NCBI GenBank assembly: GCA_016716705.1
Contig: JADJVF010000017.1
Location: forward strand, 53,808 to 117,807
Length of the DNA stretch: 64,000 nucleotides
Reading direction: 5' to 3'
Origin: Holophagales bacterium
GTDB taxonomy: Bacteria > Acidobacteriota > Thermoanaerobaculia > UBA5066
Shown: piece after piece, positions 48,472-58,398 of the stretch
How the letters are laid out: each line of letters starts with the position of its first letter
Position numbering within the stretch: position 1 is the stretch's first letter
Notes under the pieces: model-generated
What the model saw: the letters and a program-made list of their open reading frames with translations, nothing else
Told to the model about the DNA's origin: nothing
The model's database searches: none
Position numbers and translations under genes: made by a program

Positions 48472-50270
48472 AGGTCCTCCTCGCCGAAGAACTCCGGTCC
48501 CGGGCCGAGGACCGTCGGGACGACGAGAGCGCGATCGAGGAAGTCGTTCCTGTTTTCGCAGCTCGGCTCCGAGATCAGGAGGCAGCCGTGGCAGGCCGAC
48601 CCCGAGAGGAAGCGCTCCTCCTGGCTGCTGTTCGGCCGGTGCATCGCGCAGACCGGATCGTTCGAGCAGAGGCGGGCCATCTCCAGCGCGCGGCGCAGGT
48701 GGAGGTCGAGGCGGCGACCGACGTCGATCAGGCCTCCCAGCGTCCCCTCAGCGTCGGGGCTCGACGTGTAGAGAAGGATCCCGTGCGCGTCGTCGCCCGC
48801 GTAGATCCGCTCTCTTATCGAGCTCGTCGCGTAGCCGCAGTCGAGCGATACCGCCGTCAGCAGGAGATGCGACAGCGAGTGGAGGAGGATGTAGGGGAGC
48901 CCCGGGAACTCCGCGTTCGGCTTCTTGTGGACCGTCTTCCAGGCCTCGAACCCTCCCGCCAGCTCCTTCTCCCGGACCTGGACCTCGGGCCGCTTCCGCC
49001 AAGCGGAGACCCGCGAGGGGTCGAGGGTCAGGAAGATGCCCTCGCCCCGGTTCTCGACAGCCGGAACCCACTTCACCTCGGACGCGAGCGGGGCCGACCG
49101 CACGTCGAGAGAGAGCTCCCCGTCGATGTCGGCGGCCTGCGCCTCGAACCTCGTGAAGCCCACCTGCGCCGACACCTCGCGCAGCCGGTCCACGAGGACG
49201 ACCCGGTCGATCGCCCGGAGCGGTCCCGTCTCTCTCCTGATGGGGATGCGCCGGGCCAGGAAGTCGGCGCCTCCGTGGAATTCCTCGCCGAGCTTCTCCT
49301 TCACCGACAGGAGCGTGGCCAGCTCCAGCTCCTTGATCTTCTGGTTCGGGAGAGGTCCTCCCGTCCGGCGTCTCTCGATCTCCGCGAAGACCTCGTCGTC
49401 CGACAGGCCGTCGAGGGCGGCTTTCACGGATGGACGTTTCCGCTCCTTGGCGAGATCCTCGCGGCTCTCCACAAGCGACAGGAAGTCTTCCCAGAGCTTC
49501 GCCACGGCGTCGCGCACGAGCGACCCACGGTCCGGGAGAGAAATGACGCTGAGGACCTGCGAGAAGTAGGCGTCGCTGGCCGAGCGGATGAGCAGGCGGC
49601 TGAGCTGCAGCTTTCCGCCTTCTCCGCCGCACTTCTCTCCTGCGTACTTCCCCAGCCAGGGCCGCTTGCCGAGGCATGCCCCGAGGTTCTCCGCACCGCG
49701 CCTCGTGGCCTGCGCCATCGACCGCTCCTGGCCGCAGTCGCATCCGACGATGACGTCCGCGAGGTCTCCGGAGGAGCCCCGCTCTTCCATCCAGATCTGC
49801 CGGGCGCAGTCGCCACGGTACTGGTGAATGAAGCCGTGCCAGTCGATGTCGGACAGGTGACCCAGGACGCAGGCCTGAACGAACCGGACCGGGATCGCCG
49901 GGACCTTCTTCCCGTCCACCTCGTATCGGCCCTTCGTGAGGCTCTCGAGGTGAACGAGCGGCCGCCTCTTCCTCTTGACCTGCACCACGAACCACTCCGG
50001 AAACTGGAACGCCGGCACGCCTGTCGGGGTCTTTCTCTCGTCGTCGTCGGCGATCGGCGGCCCCTTCAGCGGCACCGGCTTCGCGCGATTCAGCACCGCC
50101 GCGACCTTCGCCGAGAGCCTCTCCTCGACGATCGCCGGCATCTCCGCCTGGGGAAACCAGTAGTCGAGCCCGCTGACGACGACCGAGTGGTTCGGCAGGT
50201 CGACCATCGAGCCGGGGCCGTAGGTCCGGATGAGCTGGCTCCGGCGGATCTCCCCCTGGTGCTTCTTCAC
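48468..50270 (-). CDS. DUF1998-domain protein, DISARM DrmB-like
   Basis: From the GTG start, the N-terminus reads KKHQGEIRRSQLIRTYGPGSMVDLPNHS. A C-terminal Cys cluster (CAMH…CHGCLLISEPSC) is typical of DUF1998. The start overlaps the helicase stop (GTGA). Confidence 0.7.
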   Translation of the reverse strand: MKKHQGEIRRSQLIRTYGPGSMVDLPNHSVVVSGLDYWFPQAEMPAIVEERLSAKVAAVLNRAKPVPLKGPPIADDDERKTPTGVPAFQFPEWFVVQVKRKRRPLVHLESLTKGRYEVDGKKVPAIPVRFVQACVLGHLSDIDWHGFIHQYRGDCARQIWMEERGSSGDLADVIVGCDCGQERSMAQATRRGAENLGACLGKRPWLGKYAGEKCGGEGGKLQLSRLLIRSASDAYFSQVLSVISLPDRGSLVRDAVAKLWEDFLSLVESREDLAKERKRPSVKAALDGLSDDEVFAEIERRRTGGPLPNQKIKELELATLLSVKEKLGEEFHGGADFLARRIPIRRETGPLRAIDRVVLVDRLREVSAQVGFTRFEAQAADIDGELSLDVRSAPLASEVKWVPAVENRGEGIFLTLDPSRVSAWRKRPEVQVREKELAGGFEAWKTVHKKPNAEFPGLPYILLHSLSHLLLTAVSLDCGYATSSIRERIYAGDDAHGILLYTSSPDAEGTLGGLIDVGRRLDLHLRRALEMARLCSNDPVCAMHRPNSSQEERFLSGSACHGCLLISEPSCENRNDFLDRALVVPTVLGPGPEFFGEEDL

Positions 50271-53200
50271 GCCTCGGCCTCCTCGATCTCGGGAACGTCC
50301 CGGTTGTCGAGGCGCCTCAGGACCAGGCCGACGCTCGGCTCGACGTCTCTCATCGCGCGCTGGGCCCGGAACTTCCTCATCTCGGGGTAGAGATCGAGCT
50401 CGGGGTCGAGCGGGTCGCGCAGCAGCGGGAAGGCGTTCGCCGGGTTGCCGCGCTCCCATTTCTGGTAGACCACCTTCACGTTCTTCTCCCGCTTCTCGCG
50501 CGCGAAGACCGCCCAGCTGTCGAGGAGGTCGTCCACGAGGCTCCGAACCCGCTTGCGGAGGGCCTCGAGATCCTCGTCGCTCTTCGAAGGGTCGTGCCCC
50601 GAGGCCCTCTGCGACATCGCCTCCGCCACGAACCCCGCGTCCTTGCGGCACCTCTCCATGGCGGCGGCCCCGCCCGGAGGCTGCAGCTCCCGTATGCCGT
50701 GCCGCGCGAGCGCGACGCAGACGGCCGCGGCCGCCCGGTCGAGCGCCCGCGCCGAGAAGGGCGTCACGCTCGTCGCCTCCACGGCACGGTAGAAGGTCGC
50801 GTGGTACGCCTCGAACCGCTCGTAGTGCGACCGGTCCCGCGGACGGTGGACGTTCTGGAGCGTTACGACGAGGCCGGGCCGGTTGTCGTCGCGGCCGACG
50901 CGGCTCGTCGCCTGGATGTACTCCGACGTCGTCTTCGGCTGCCCGAGGACGACCATCAGCCCGAGCCGCGGGATGTCGAGGCCGACGGAGATCATGTTCG
51001 TCGCCAGCGCCACGTCGACGTGGTCCTTGTGGTCGTGGGAGAAGGCGAGGCGCTCCCTTGCGCGGGAGACCTTCGACGTCGATTCGCGCGACGTCAGCTC
51101 GACCACTTCCTGCTGGATCTGACGGTCGCGGAAAGGGCCGGCGATCTCTCCCATCCGTCGCCGCTCGCTGCGCTGCGCGGCTCTCGCCGCGACCTCGTCC
51201 TCGACGATCCGTCTCGTGCCGCCCAGCTCCCTGAGGCTCGTGAAGTAGCCGAGAAGGCTCATGTAGGGGTCCGCCGGGTTCTTCTCCCCGAGCGCCGTCC
51301 CGCCCGCCTCGTCATACATTCGCTGCGAGGCCCCGAGCAGCGCGAGATAGGCGCGCAGCAGCAGGACCTTCAGGCTCCGTCCCTGCGCGGAAAGCCCGAC
51401 GTACGTCCGCGGCTCCTTCTCGGAGACGGGCACCGTCCGCGCGAAGAAGGAGTCCCGCCGATCGGGACCAGGGGGAGGAAACACCGCAACCGACGAACGA
51501 CCGAACAGCGCCTTCACCTGCGCCTCGGCCCGCCGGATCGTCGCCGTCGACGCTACGATCTTCGGCCGGATCGCCTTGCCGTCGACGAACCGCGTCGCCA
51601 GCGTGTCGATCGCGATCTCGTACAGCCCCGCGATCGTCCCGAGCGGCCCGGAGATCAGGTGCAGCTCGTCCTGGATGATCAGGTCCGGCGGCAGGAGCTC
51701 CTTCTCCGCCTTCCCGAACAGCCCTCCCACCTCGCCGACCCACGGAAGGCTCGCGAACTTGTCCACCGTGGCGATCAGGAACGCGGGGAGCCTCTGGTAG
51801 ATCGGCTCGTCCACCGTCAGGATCGGCAGCGGACGCCTGCCGGTGAAGTCGCAGTCGCGGTTCATGCAGACGACCCTCAGGTCGGTCGGGCGGTCCGCGT
51901 TGGGCAGAAGCGAGAACGACGGCGGCAGGAACGGCTCGCCACACCAGGGGCAGCTCTCCAGCGGAATCGGCGGCGGATAGCGCTTGCTGTCCTTCTTGTA
52001 GCGAAGCGTCTTCGACCTCGCCGTGTTCTCGTCGCCGTCGGCCTTCGAGCCCATCCGGTTCGGCGTGGCCGCCCGGCCCACCCAGAGCCCGACCTCGAAC
52101 GGCCATTCCCCCATTTCGGCGGGATTCGTCTCTCTCTCGAGCTCCAGGGCACAGACGAGCGCCGCCACGCGCCCAAGCTGGTCGAGCGTCAGGAGCCGGA
52201 GCGTGTATCTCATCAGGACCGAGACCCCGGCCGACGAAAGGCCCGGGTTCCGGAGGCGCCGAAGGACCATCGTGAAGGCCGCGAGCCCCAGGTAGGCCTC
52301 GGTCTTTCCTCCGCCCGTCGGGAAGAAGAGAAGGTCCACCGCGTTGCGATCTGCGGACTTCGGGTCCACCACGCTTCTCAGGTTCATCAGGAGGAACGCG
52401 AGCTGGAACGGGTACCACGCCGGAGCGCGCGTGGCCTCGGGCCGCACCTTCAGCAGCATCGCCTGGCGGCGCCGGGCCGCCCGGGCCATCGCCCGGTTCG
52501 CCACCTGGAACGCCTGAGAACCTGCGGGTCGGAAAGAAGGCCGATCCCCGTCGCGATCCGGCCGCAGGCGAGCTCGGCGTCGCGCAGAAGGAACTGCGCG
52601 GTCTCGGCGCGCCGCCCCTCGAAGACCTCGCTGCGCTGCCTTCCTATCCACTCTGCGTAGCGAAGCGGAAAGGGAGCCAGCGCCGACTTCAGCTCGTCCG
52701 GCCCCTTCATCGCAGCCAGGGCTTCCATCCCGAGCTCGACGCCCGGCATCAGGGTCGGCTCCACCTTCTCCACGGCCGCACGCGGCACCCATTCCGTGGA
52801 GACCTCCCGGCACTCGCCGTCGCTCCCGAAGACCGTCCGGGCCGAGACGCCGTGCCCCACGACGAACTCGACGACGTCCCGGTACTGGAGGTCGGCGACG
52901 CGCTCGTCCCAGTCTTCCGCTTCGAGCCCCGTCGCATTCGGCCTCGGCACGAAAGGCTGCTTCCCCCGCACGGTGAGACGAACCTGGAAGGCCATCGCCT
53001 CGTCCTTCCGTTCGTCGGGCGCGGGCTTGCGATAGTTCACGACGAAGACCGAGATGCTTCGCGTTCCGGCCGGAAGCCCCAGCCTCTCCATCCCATCCGC
53101 CGGCCGAGCGGTGACGATCAGCTTCAGCCCGCCGGAGTCCGGAAGGTCGAGAGGAAGCGGCTTCGAGCCGTTGCCCGTGACGGCCACCCGGAGAACCGAC

Positions 53201-53622
53201 CGCTTCGGTTCCCTCTTCCACGTGTCGCCGGCCCGTTTCGTCGCGCCCTCGCCCTCGCCCTCCGCCGCCGGCAGGCTGTAGTCCCCCCAGGTCACCTCCG
53301 CCTCGAGCTCCTGCAGCCCCGCCGACGTCAGGACGCTGAGGCCGATGGACGAAGGAAGGAACGCCTTCCTCGCAGAGGCCCGGTCGGGCGCATCGGAGTC
53401 GTCCGCCCCCACCTCGTCACCGGCAGCGAAAAGCTCCTCGTTGCTCGTCTGGTCGCACTTCTGCTCGTCCGACGCCTCGAACGGCACGAGGAACCCGCCG
53501 ATGTACCAACGGGATGGCTCGTCGGGCAGCTCTTCGCGCTCGTGCACGCTCCCCGGCTCCGGACCGGTGAGGTCGAGCCGCAGGGCCCGAATCAGCTCGT
53601 CCCGGACTTCGGCGGATTTCAT
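50267..53622 (-). CDS. DExH-box helicase, DISARM DrmA-like; reading frame interrupted by a 1-nt frameshift near 52505-52530
   Basis: The N-terminal part is ORF 53622..52450 (MKSAEVRDELIRALRLDLTGP…). The helicase part lies in a different frame, ORF …52516..50267, with motif I FFPTGGGKTEAYLG and motif II IIQDELHLISGP. The two frames abut at the rev-comp sequence …PQVL|QAFQVANRAM. Confidence 0.65.
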
Positions 53623-54035
53623 CGTGGTCCTCTCCAGCTCAGGGGAGCTCCACTTTGCGGGACTTGTCGACGTGATCGCCGGACAGCGCGCCTTCCGGAC
53701 TCATGATACCCACGCTCGAGAGGCACTCTCGCCGGCCAGGTCGGGGCGACCCCGAAGCGGTATCGCGGCGCATGGCACTCCTGACCTGGGACTGAGCCCA
53801 CATCGCGAACGCCGAGCTCTTCCCGCAAGTGGCCCGCCTCGTCGAGCGACGCGGCCTTGGCCCTCAGAACCTCGGCCAGGGTGCAATCATCGGCAAAGGG
53901 GTAGTTGGGAAGTCGACCCGGCGTCTCCAGGGCATCCTGCCCGCGCTTCGCAAACTCGAGGAACTTCTGTGGTCCCTCTCGGCACCCTGGACGTTCTCGA
54001 GGTTCCTGACGAAGAAGCGCTCGTCCCTCCTGCGC

Positions 54036-54380
54036 CTACTCCTGCCTGACGACGTCGACCGAGATCTCAACCGCCGGAATCGTTCCTCTGTTCTCGAGCC
54101 AGTGCGTGGTGTTCCTGTCCTCGGGCCAGCCCACTCCCGGCCCGTAGTCCGTGGAGGCTCCATCCCGATGGTCGGTGATCGTTCCTTGCAGGACGTAGAC
54201 GGTGCCTGGTCTGCCCTTGTGGTCGTGAATCGGGCCGAAGACGCCTCCGGGCTCGATGGTCACCATGCGCATTCGAAGCTGGCGCCCTGCCATGCCCTCG
54301 ATCTCGGGGCCGAGATCGACCGTTGCAAGCAGCTTCACCGTGACGCCCTTCGTCTCAGGTGCCACCTGTTCGTTGCTCAT
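54036..54380 (-). CDS. Cupin-domain protein
   Basis: The 114-aa protein has a cupin beta-barrel motif (…HDHKGRPGTVYVLQGTITDHRDG…). Confidence 0.55.
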   Translation of the reverse strand: MSNEQVAPETKGVTVKLLATVDLGPEIEGMAGRQLRMRMVTIEPGGVFGPIHDHKGRPGTVYVLQGTITDHRDGASTDYGPGVGWPEDRNTTHWLENRGTIPAVEISVDVVRQE

Positions 54381-54478
54381 CGTGCACTCCCCTCTCTGCG
54401 ACTTCGCGAACGGCGATGCCTGGCGCCCCTTGTCGGTCAGCCCGGCCGGCAGCCACGCCGAAGCCTCCTCCTGCCGGC

Positions 54479-54865
54479 CTACTGGCCCGCCGGGGGCTCC
54501 CAGAGCTCGACCTTGTTCCCTTCAGGATCGAGGACCCACCCGAAGCGACCGAACTCCGACTCGTCGACCTTCTCGAGGACGTTGCAGCCTTCCTCGCGGA
54601 GGACGGCGATGAGGCCGCGAAGGTCGGCCACCCGGTAATTGACCATGAATCGCGACGTGCTCGGGGCAAAGTCCTCGCTCCCCATGCCCGTGACGTTCCA
54701 GATCGTCTGGCCCGGCATGGGGCTGCCGTCGGCGTCGGAGAACGGAATCACGGCGCCGCCCCACTCCAGGACGTCCACCCCGAGATGCTCCTTGTACCAG
54801 GCGCGCAGCGCGGCGGGATCCTGAGCCTTGAAGAAGATGCCCCCGATGCCGATGACTCGCCTCAT
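54479..54865 (-). CDS. VOC-family (glyoxalase/bleomycin-resistance-like) protein
   Basis: The 128-aa protein shows a VOC fold pattern (IGIGGIFFKAQDPAALRAWY…GNKVELWEP). Confidence 0.6.
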   Translation of the reverse strand: MRRVIGIGGIFFKAQDPAALRAWYKEHLGVDVLEWGGAVIPFSDADGSPMPGQTIWNVTGMGSEDFAPSTSRFMVNYRVADLRGLIAVLREEGCNVLEKVDESEFGRFGWVLDPEGNKVELWEPPAGQ

Positions 54866-55052
54866 GTGAACCTCCTCAGCGATGCAGACGCCGGATATTG
54901 CACGGTCACTCCCGTGCCGGCGTGGCGCTCATGTGGACCAGGCCCGACCCATGGCCCTCCGGGTCGAGAAAGCTGTGCGTGTACATGAAGCCGAAATCCT
55001 CCGGCTCGTCGCAGGTCGAGCCGCCGAGCGAGACCGGCGTCGGCGAGCACGC

Positions 55053-55940
55053 TCACTTCTTCAGCACGAGGTACTGCACGAAGACGCCGTCCTGCGCGAT
55101 GATGTCGTCCTCGAGCCGCTCGTTGACCTTATCCTTCGGGCGCGTCCCGTCGGCCGAAAACACGATCTGCAGGCTCGTCGGCTCGAACTTCCGGTCCGCG
55201 CCGGCGCACGCGATACGGTAGTGCTGGCCGTCCGCCGAAGCGGCGTAGCCGTAGGGCGTTCCCCACGGGTCCTTCGCCGGCATCGCCTCGAGGTGCTTCG
55301 GCACGAGGAAGCGCCCCAGCGAGGCGAAGTCGCCCGGCGGGTAGCTGGAGTCCGCCTTCTCGCGCGCATAGCTCTCGACCGCCTCGGTAAGCGCTCGGAT
55401 GTCGGTCATCGCCTTCTTCCAGGGCCTCCGCTTCTCCCCCTGGCGGTCCGACGCCCGGGAGGCCGCCTCCTCGAGCAGCGGACCGAGACTCTTCGCACTC
55501 GCCTCGGCCGACTCGCGCACGATCGCGGGCAGCACCTTGATCGACTTTCGCCCCGTCGGAGTCCTATAGAACGCGACGAGGTCGGCGAGCTCGCGCTCCG
55601 TGTAGTACTTCGCGTAGATCCGGATCGCCGGCTCCGCGAGCGCCGCCGAGACGTCGATGCGGGCGAGCTCCTCGTGCAGGAAGGCGTAGAGCTCCTTCCT
55701 CTCCTCGAGGTCTCTTGGTACGTCGCCTCGCGCCTCGGCCTTCGCGATGAACTGCTTCTCGCTCTGGTCGAGGATCGAGCTCATGACCTCCTGCATCGTG
55801 CCCTCTCCGGCCGTCAGGCCGAGCAGCTCCACGATCAGCTCGCGCTGACGCTTGCTCGGCTCCGGATCCGCGGCGCCAAGCGGCAGCGCGGCGGCAACAA
55901 CGACGACGACGACAACGGCGGCAAGGAAGGTTCGGCGCAT
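55053..55940 (-). CDS. Secreted DUF2059-domain protein
   Basis: A signal peptide is followed by a DUF2059-like N-terminal region (ELIVELLGLTAGEGTMQEVMSSILDQ…). Confidence 0.45.
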   Translation of the reverse strand: MRRTFLAAVVVVVVVAAALPLGAADPEPSKRQRELIVELLGLTAGEGTMQEVMSSILDQSEKQFIAKAEARGDVPRDLEERKELYAFLHEELARIDVSAALAEPAIRIYAKYYTERELADLVAFYRTPTGRKSIKVLPAIVRESAEASAKSLGPLLEEAASRASDRQGEKRRPWKKAMTDIRALTEAVESYAREKADSSYPPGDFASLGRFLVPKHLEAMPAKDPWGTPYGYAASADGQHYRIACAGADRKFEPTSLQIVFSADGTRPKDKVNERLEDDIIAQDGVFVQYLVLKK

Positions 55941-56048
55941 GTCGATCCTCGCTCTTCGGGCTCGTTCGGTTTTGCGGCGATGCTACTACGCAGAAGGGCA
56001 TGTCCCGGACGCCGCGGCAGGGCGAGAATCAGATGGTCAAATGGCGCA

Positions 56049-56906
56049 TCAGGAGAGCCGCCGGTACAGCTCGGCGTTCTTCTCGATGACGTGACGTGCC
56101 GCTGACAGGAACGCCTCGTCTCGGCCCTCGATGACCGCCCTCGAAGAGCAGGCGCCGGCGATGGCCCGGGCGAGGCCCGAGGGGTTCTCCCACGCCATCG
56201 AGTGGCCGGCGTCGGGGACGACGGCCACGCCGACGCCGCCCGCGGGGAGCGACTCGGCGTCCGGGTCTGGCAGGGAGCGCGCGCCAAAGAGGACGGTGCG
56301 CGGGACGTCGAGCGCGAGCAGCTGCCGTCGCCACGAAGGCGACGCCCCCTCGACGAGCGAGACCGCCCCGCGGTGCGCCGCGAACGGAGCCGTCGCCGCC
56401 ATCGAGCCCGCCCAGATGTCGTTCCCGGAGCGCGCCGCCTCGCGGATCGTCTCCGCGTGCCCGTTCGCGACGTATCGGGCTTCGGGCTGCGCGGCGATGC
56501 TCCTGCTGAAGACCCCGCCTCCCGGGTCGAGATTGGGCTCGGAAAGCACCAGGTGCTCGACGCGCCCCGGCAGCATCGTCGCAGCGACAATCGCCACGGC
56601 GCCGCCCATGCTGTGACCGTAGAGGTCACACGTCGCGACGCCGAGCGCGTCGATCAGGGCGACGAGGACCCTCGCGTGAGCGGAGACCGAGTAGTCGAAG
56701 CCCTCCGGTCTGTCGCTGAACCCGGAACCGAGGAGGTCGACGAGGATCGCCCTCCGCGACGCGAGGGACGGGTCCCGAGCGACCGCCGGGTAGTCGCACG
56801 ACGACGCGCACCCCAGTCCGTGGACGAAGACGAGAGGCGTGCCGACCCCCGCGAGGTCGTGGAACCGGATCGTAGCTTCCGGGGACTCGAGGACGAGAGA
56901 CTTCAT
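56049..56906 (-). CDS. Alpha/beta-hydrolase fold protein
   Basis: It has an HGLG oxyanion motif, a GHSMGG nucleophile elbow and a C-terminal GHS/His region. Confidence 0.7.
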   Translation of the reverse strand: MKSLVLESPEATIRFHDLAGVGTPLVFVHGLGCASSCDYPAVARDPSLASRRAILVDLLGSGFSDRPEGFDYSVSAHARVLVALIDALGVATCDLYGHSMGGAVAIVAATMLPGRVEHLVLSEPNLDPGGGVFSRSIAAQPEARYVANGHAETIREAARSGNDIWAGSMAATAPFAAHRGAVSLVEGASPSWRRQLLALDVPRTVLFGARSLPDPDAESLPAGGVGVAVVPDAGHSMAWENPSGLARAIAGACSSRAVIEGRDEAFLSAARHVIEKNAELYRRLS

Positions 56907-56972
56907 GAGACTCCTGCGTTGGTGACGCGGCTCGAATCATCGAACCAGGTGATCCCGCGGACCATGCCGGGG

Positions 56973-57479
56973 TCAGGCACCCGCTTCGCGGTGGAAATGG
57001 TCTTCCCACGAGAGCACGTCGCCTTCGGGAAGGTCGGAGAGGCCCAGGCGGCGGAGCATGAGCAGGAGCTGTGCTCGGTGGTGCATGCTGTGTGTAATCA
57101 CATGAACGATTGCACCGCCGAACGAAAAGCGGGCGCCGTCAGGATCGGGGGAATCGGTGAACGTGTCGTCCAGGCGGCCGGCCCGAAGCAGAGCGCGCGA
57201 GGTCACCGCCAGGTCGTGGGAGGCGGCTGTGAGCCGCGAGAGAAGCAGCGGGACCGTATGTGTGTCTTGCGAGGGAGGGTGTGGGCGCACGGGCCGTTCG
57301 GCAATGAGGTCGGTCCAGTACTCCATGTTCTTGACGATGTGACTGAAGGTGGCGCGAACGGTGCCGAGGCCAACGCCGAGCGGGCGATCGAGCTCCTCGT
57401 CTGACAGCGTCGCGCAACAGCGCAGGACGGCCTCGGTGGTCCACGCGTCGTGTCCAAGAAGACGATCGAGTATGTCCAT
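56973..57479 (-). CDS. DinB/DinB_2-family (four-helix-bundle metal-binding) protein
   Basis: The 168-aa protein has a DinB-like His-containing helix pattern (…HIVKNMEYWTDLI…HSMHHRAQL…). Confidence 0.55.
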   Translation of the reverse strand: MDILDRLLGHDAWTTEAVLRCCATLSDEELDRPLGVGLGTVRATFSHIVKNMEYWTDLIAERPVRPHPPSQDTHTVPLLLSRLTAASHDLAVTSRALLRAGRLDDTFTDSPDPDGARFSFGGAIVHVITHSMHHRAQLLLMLRRLGLSDLPEGDVLSWEDHFHREAGA

Positions 57480-57677
57480 GCACGGATTCTCTCCCGGGTG
57501 CCCATCCTTCCGGCGTCAATGAGAAATGCCCGTCACTGAGCCGGAAGGACGCAACAAGCTCCGGGAGCATGAGAAAGTCGGCGACTGCGTTGGCGACACA
57601 GGTCGATGCCGGCGCCGATGACGCCTCGAAGCTTTGAACCTTGGAGCTCTCCCGGCGTATCAGTGTCAGGAGAGCCC

Positions 57678-58172
57678 ATGAAGCTACTGAGAACGCTCCA
57701 GGGAACCATGTTGCTGCTGGGGATGATCTGCGTTGAGGCCGACTGCCAGGAAGCTCCGAGACAGGGAGAAGCGACGACGAAAGAAGAGGCCCCAGCTCTA
57801 CTGGACGAAATCCGTCGACAGGATGCGGCGATGTTCGATGCCTTCAACCGGCACGACCTCGATGCCGTGATGGCGACGTTCTCGGAGAAGCTCGAGTTCT
57901 ACCATGACACTGGGGGCTTGCAGTCGTACAGCGACGTCAGGAAAGGCTTCAAGACCATCTTCGCCAGGAACGACGGCATTCGTCGGGAGCTTGTAAAGGG
58001 AAGCCTGGACGTCTATCCCATCAAGGGCTATGGGGCTATTGAACTTGGCGCTCATCGCTTCTGCCATGTCGAGCAGGGGCGAGAGGACTGTGGGACATTC
58101 CGGTTCCTTCACGTATGGCAGAAGGACGGTCAGACGTGGAAGGTCACTCGGGTTGTCAGCTACGGCCATTAG
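57678..58172 (+). CDS. NTF2-like/SnoaL-like (DUF4440) secreted protein
   Basis: A signal peptide begins at the internal ATG 57678. The core looks like DUF4440/NTF2 (DAAMFDAFNRHDLDAVMATFSEKLEFYHDTGG). Local GC is noticeably lower than in the rest of the window. Confidence 0.55.
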   Translation: MKLLRTLQGTMLLLGMICVEADCQEAPRQGEATTKEEAPALLDEIRRQDAAMFDAFNRHDLDAVMATFSEKLEFYHDTGGLQSYSDVRKGFKTIFARNDGIRRELVKGSLDVYPIKGYGAIELGAHRFCHVEQGREDCGTFRFLHVWQKDGQTWKVTRVVSYGH

Positions 58173-58398
58173 AGCGTCGTGAGACTCGACGCAGCCGCCC
58201 CTCTACCCTACCGGGTCAGGCGTTCCACAGCTCCTTGTGCTCGGCCTCGGTGAGCTCCTCGAGGAGCTTCAGGGCTTCGGAGAGGAGGTCTTCTCTCGTC
58301 ACGATTTGCATCTTCCTGCTCGCGTCCACACCATGCAGAAGAAGCCCGCCGAGAAGGCCTGCGATGTTTCCTTTATCAGGCAAGAAGTCGCGATGACG

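Noticed and set aside
48588-53706. Plus-strand ORFs 48588..50390, 50594..52660, 50230..51234, 52852..53706 opposite the drmABC-like genes
   Set aside because: They are antisense readings. The minus-strand genes carry the helicase, DUF1998 and HKD motifs.
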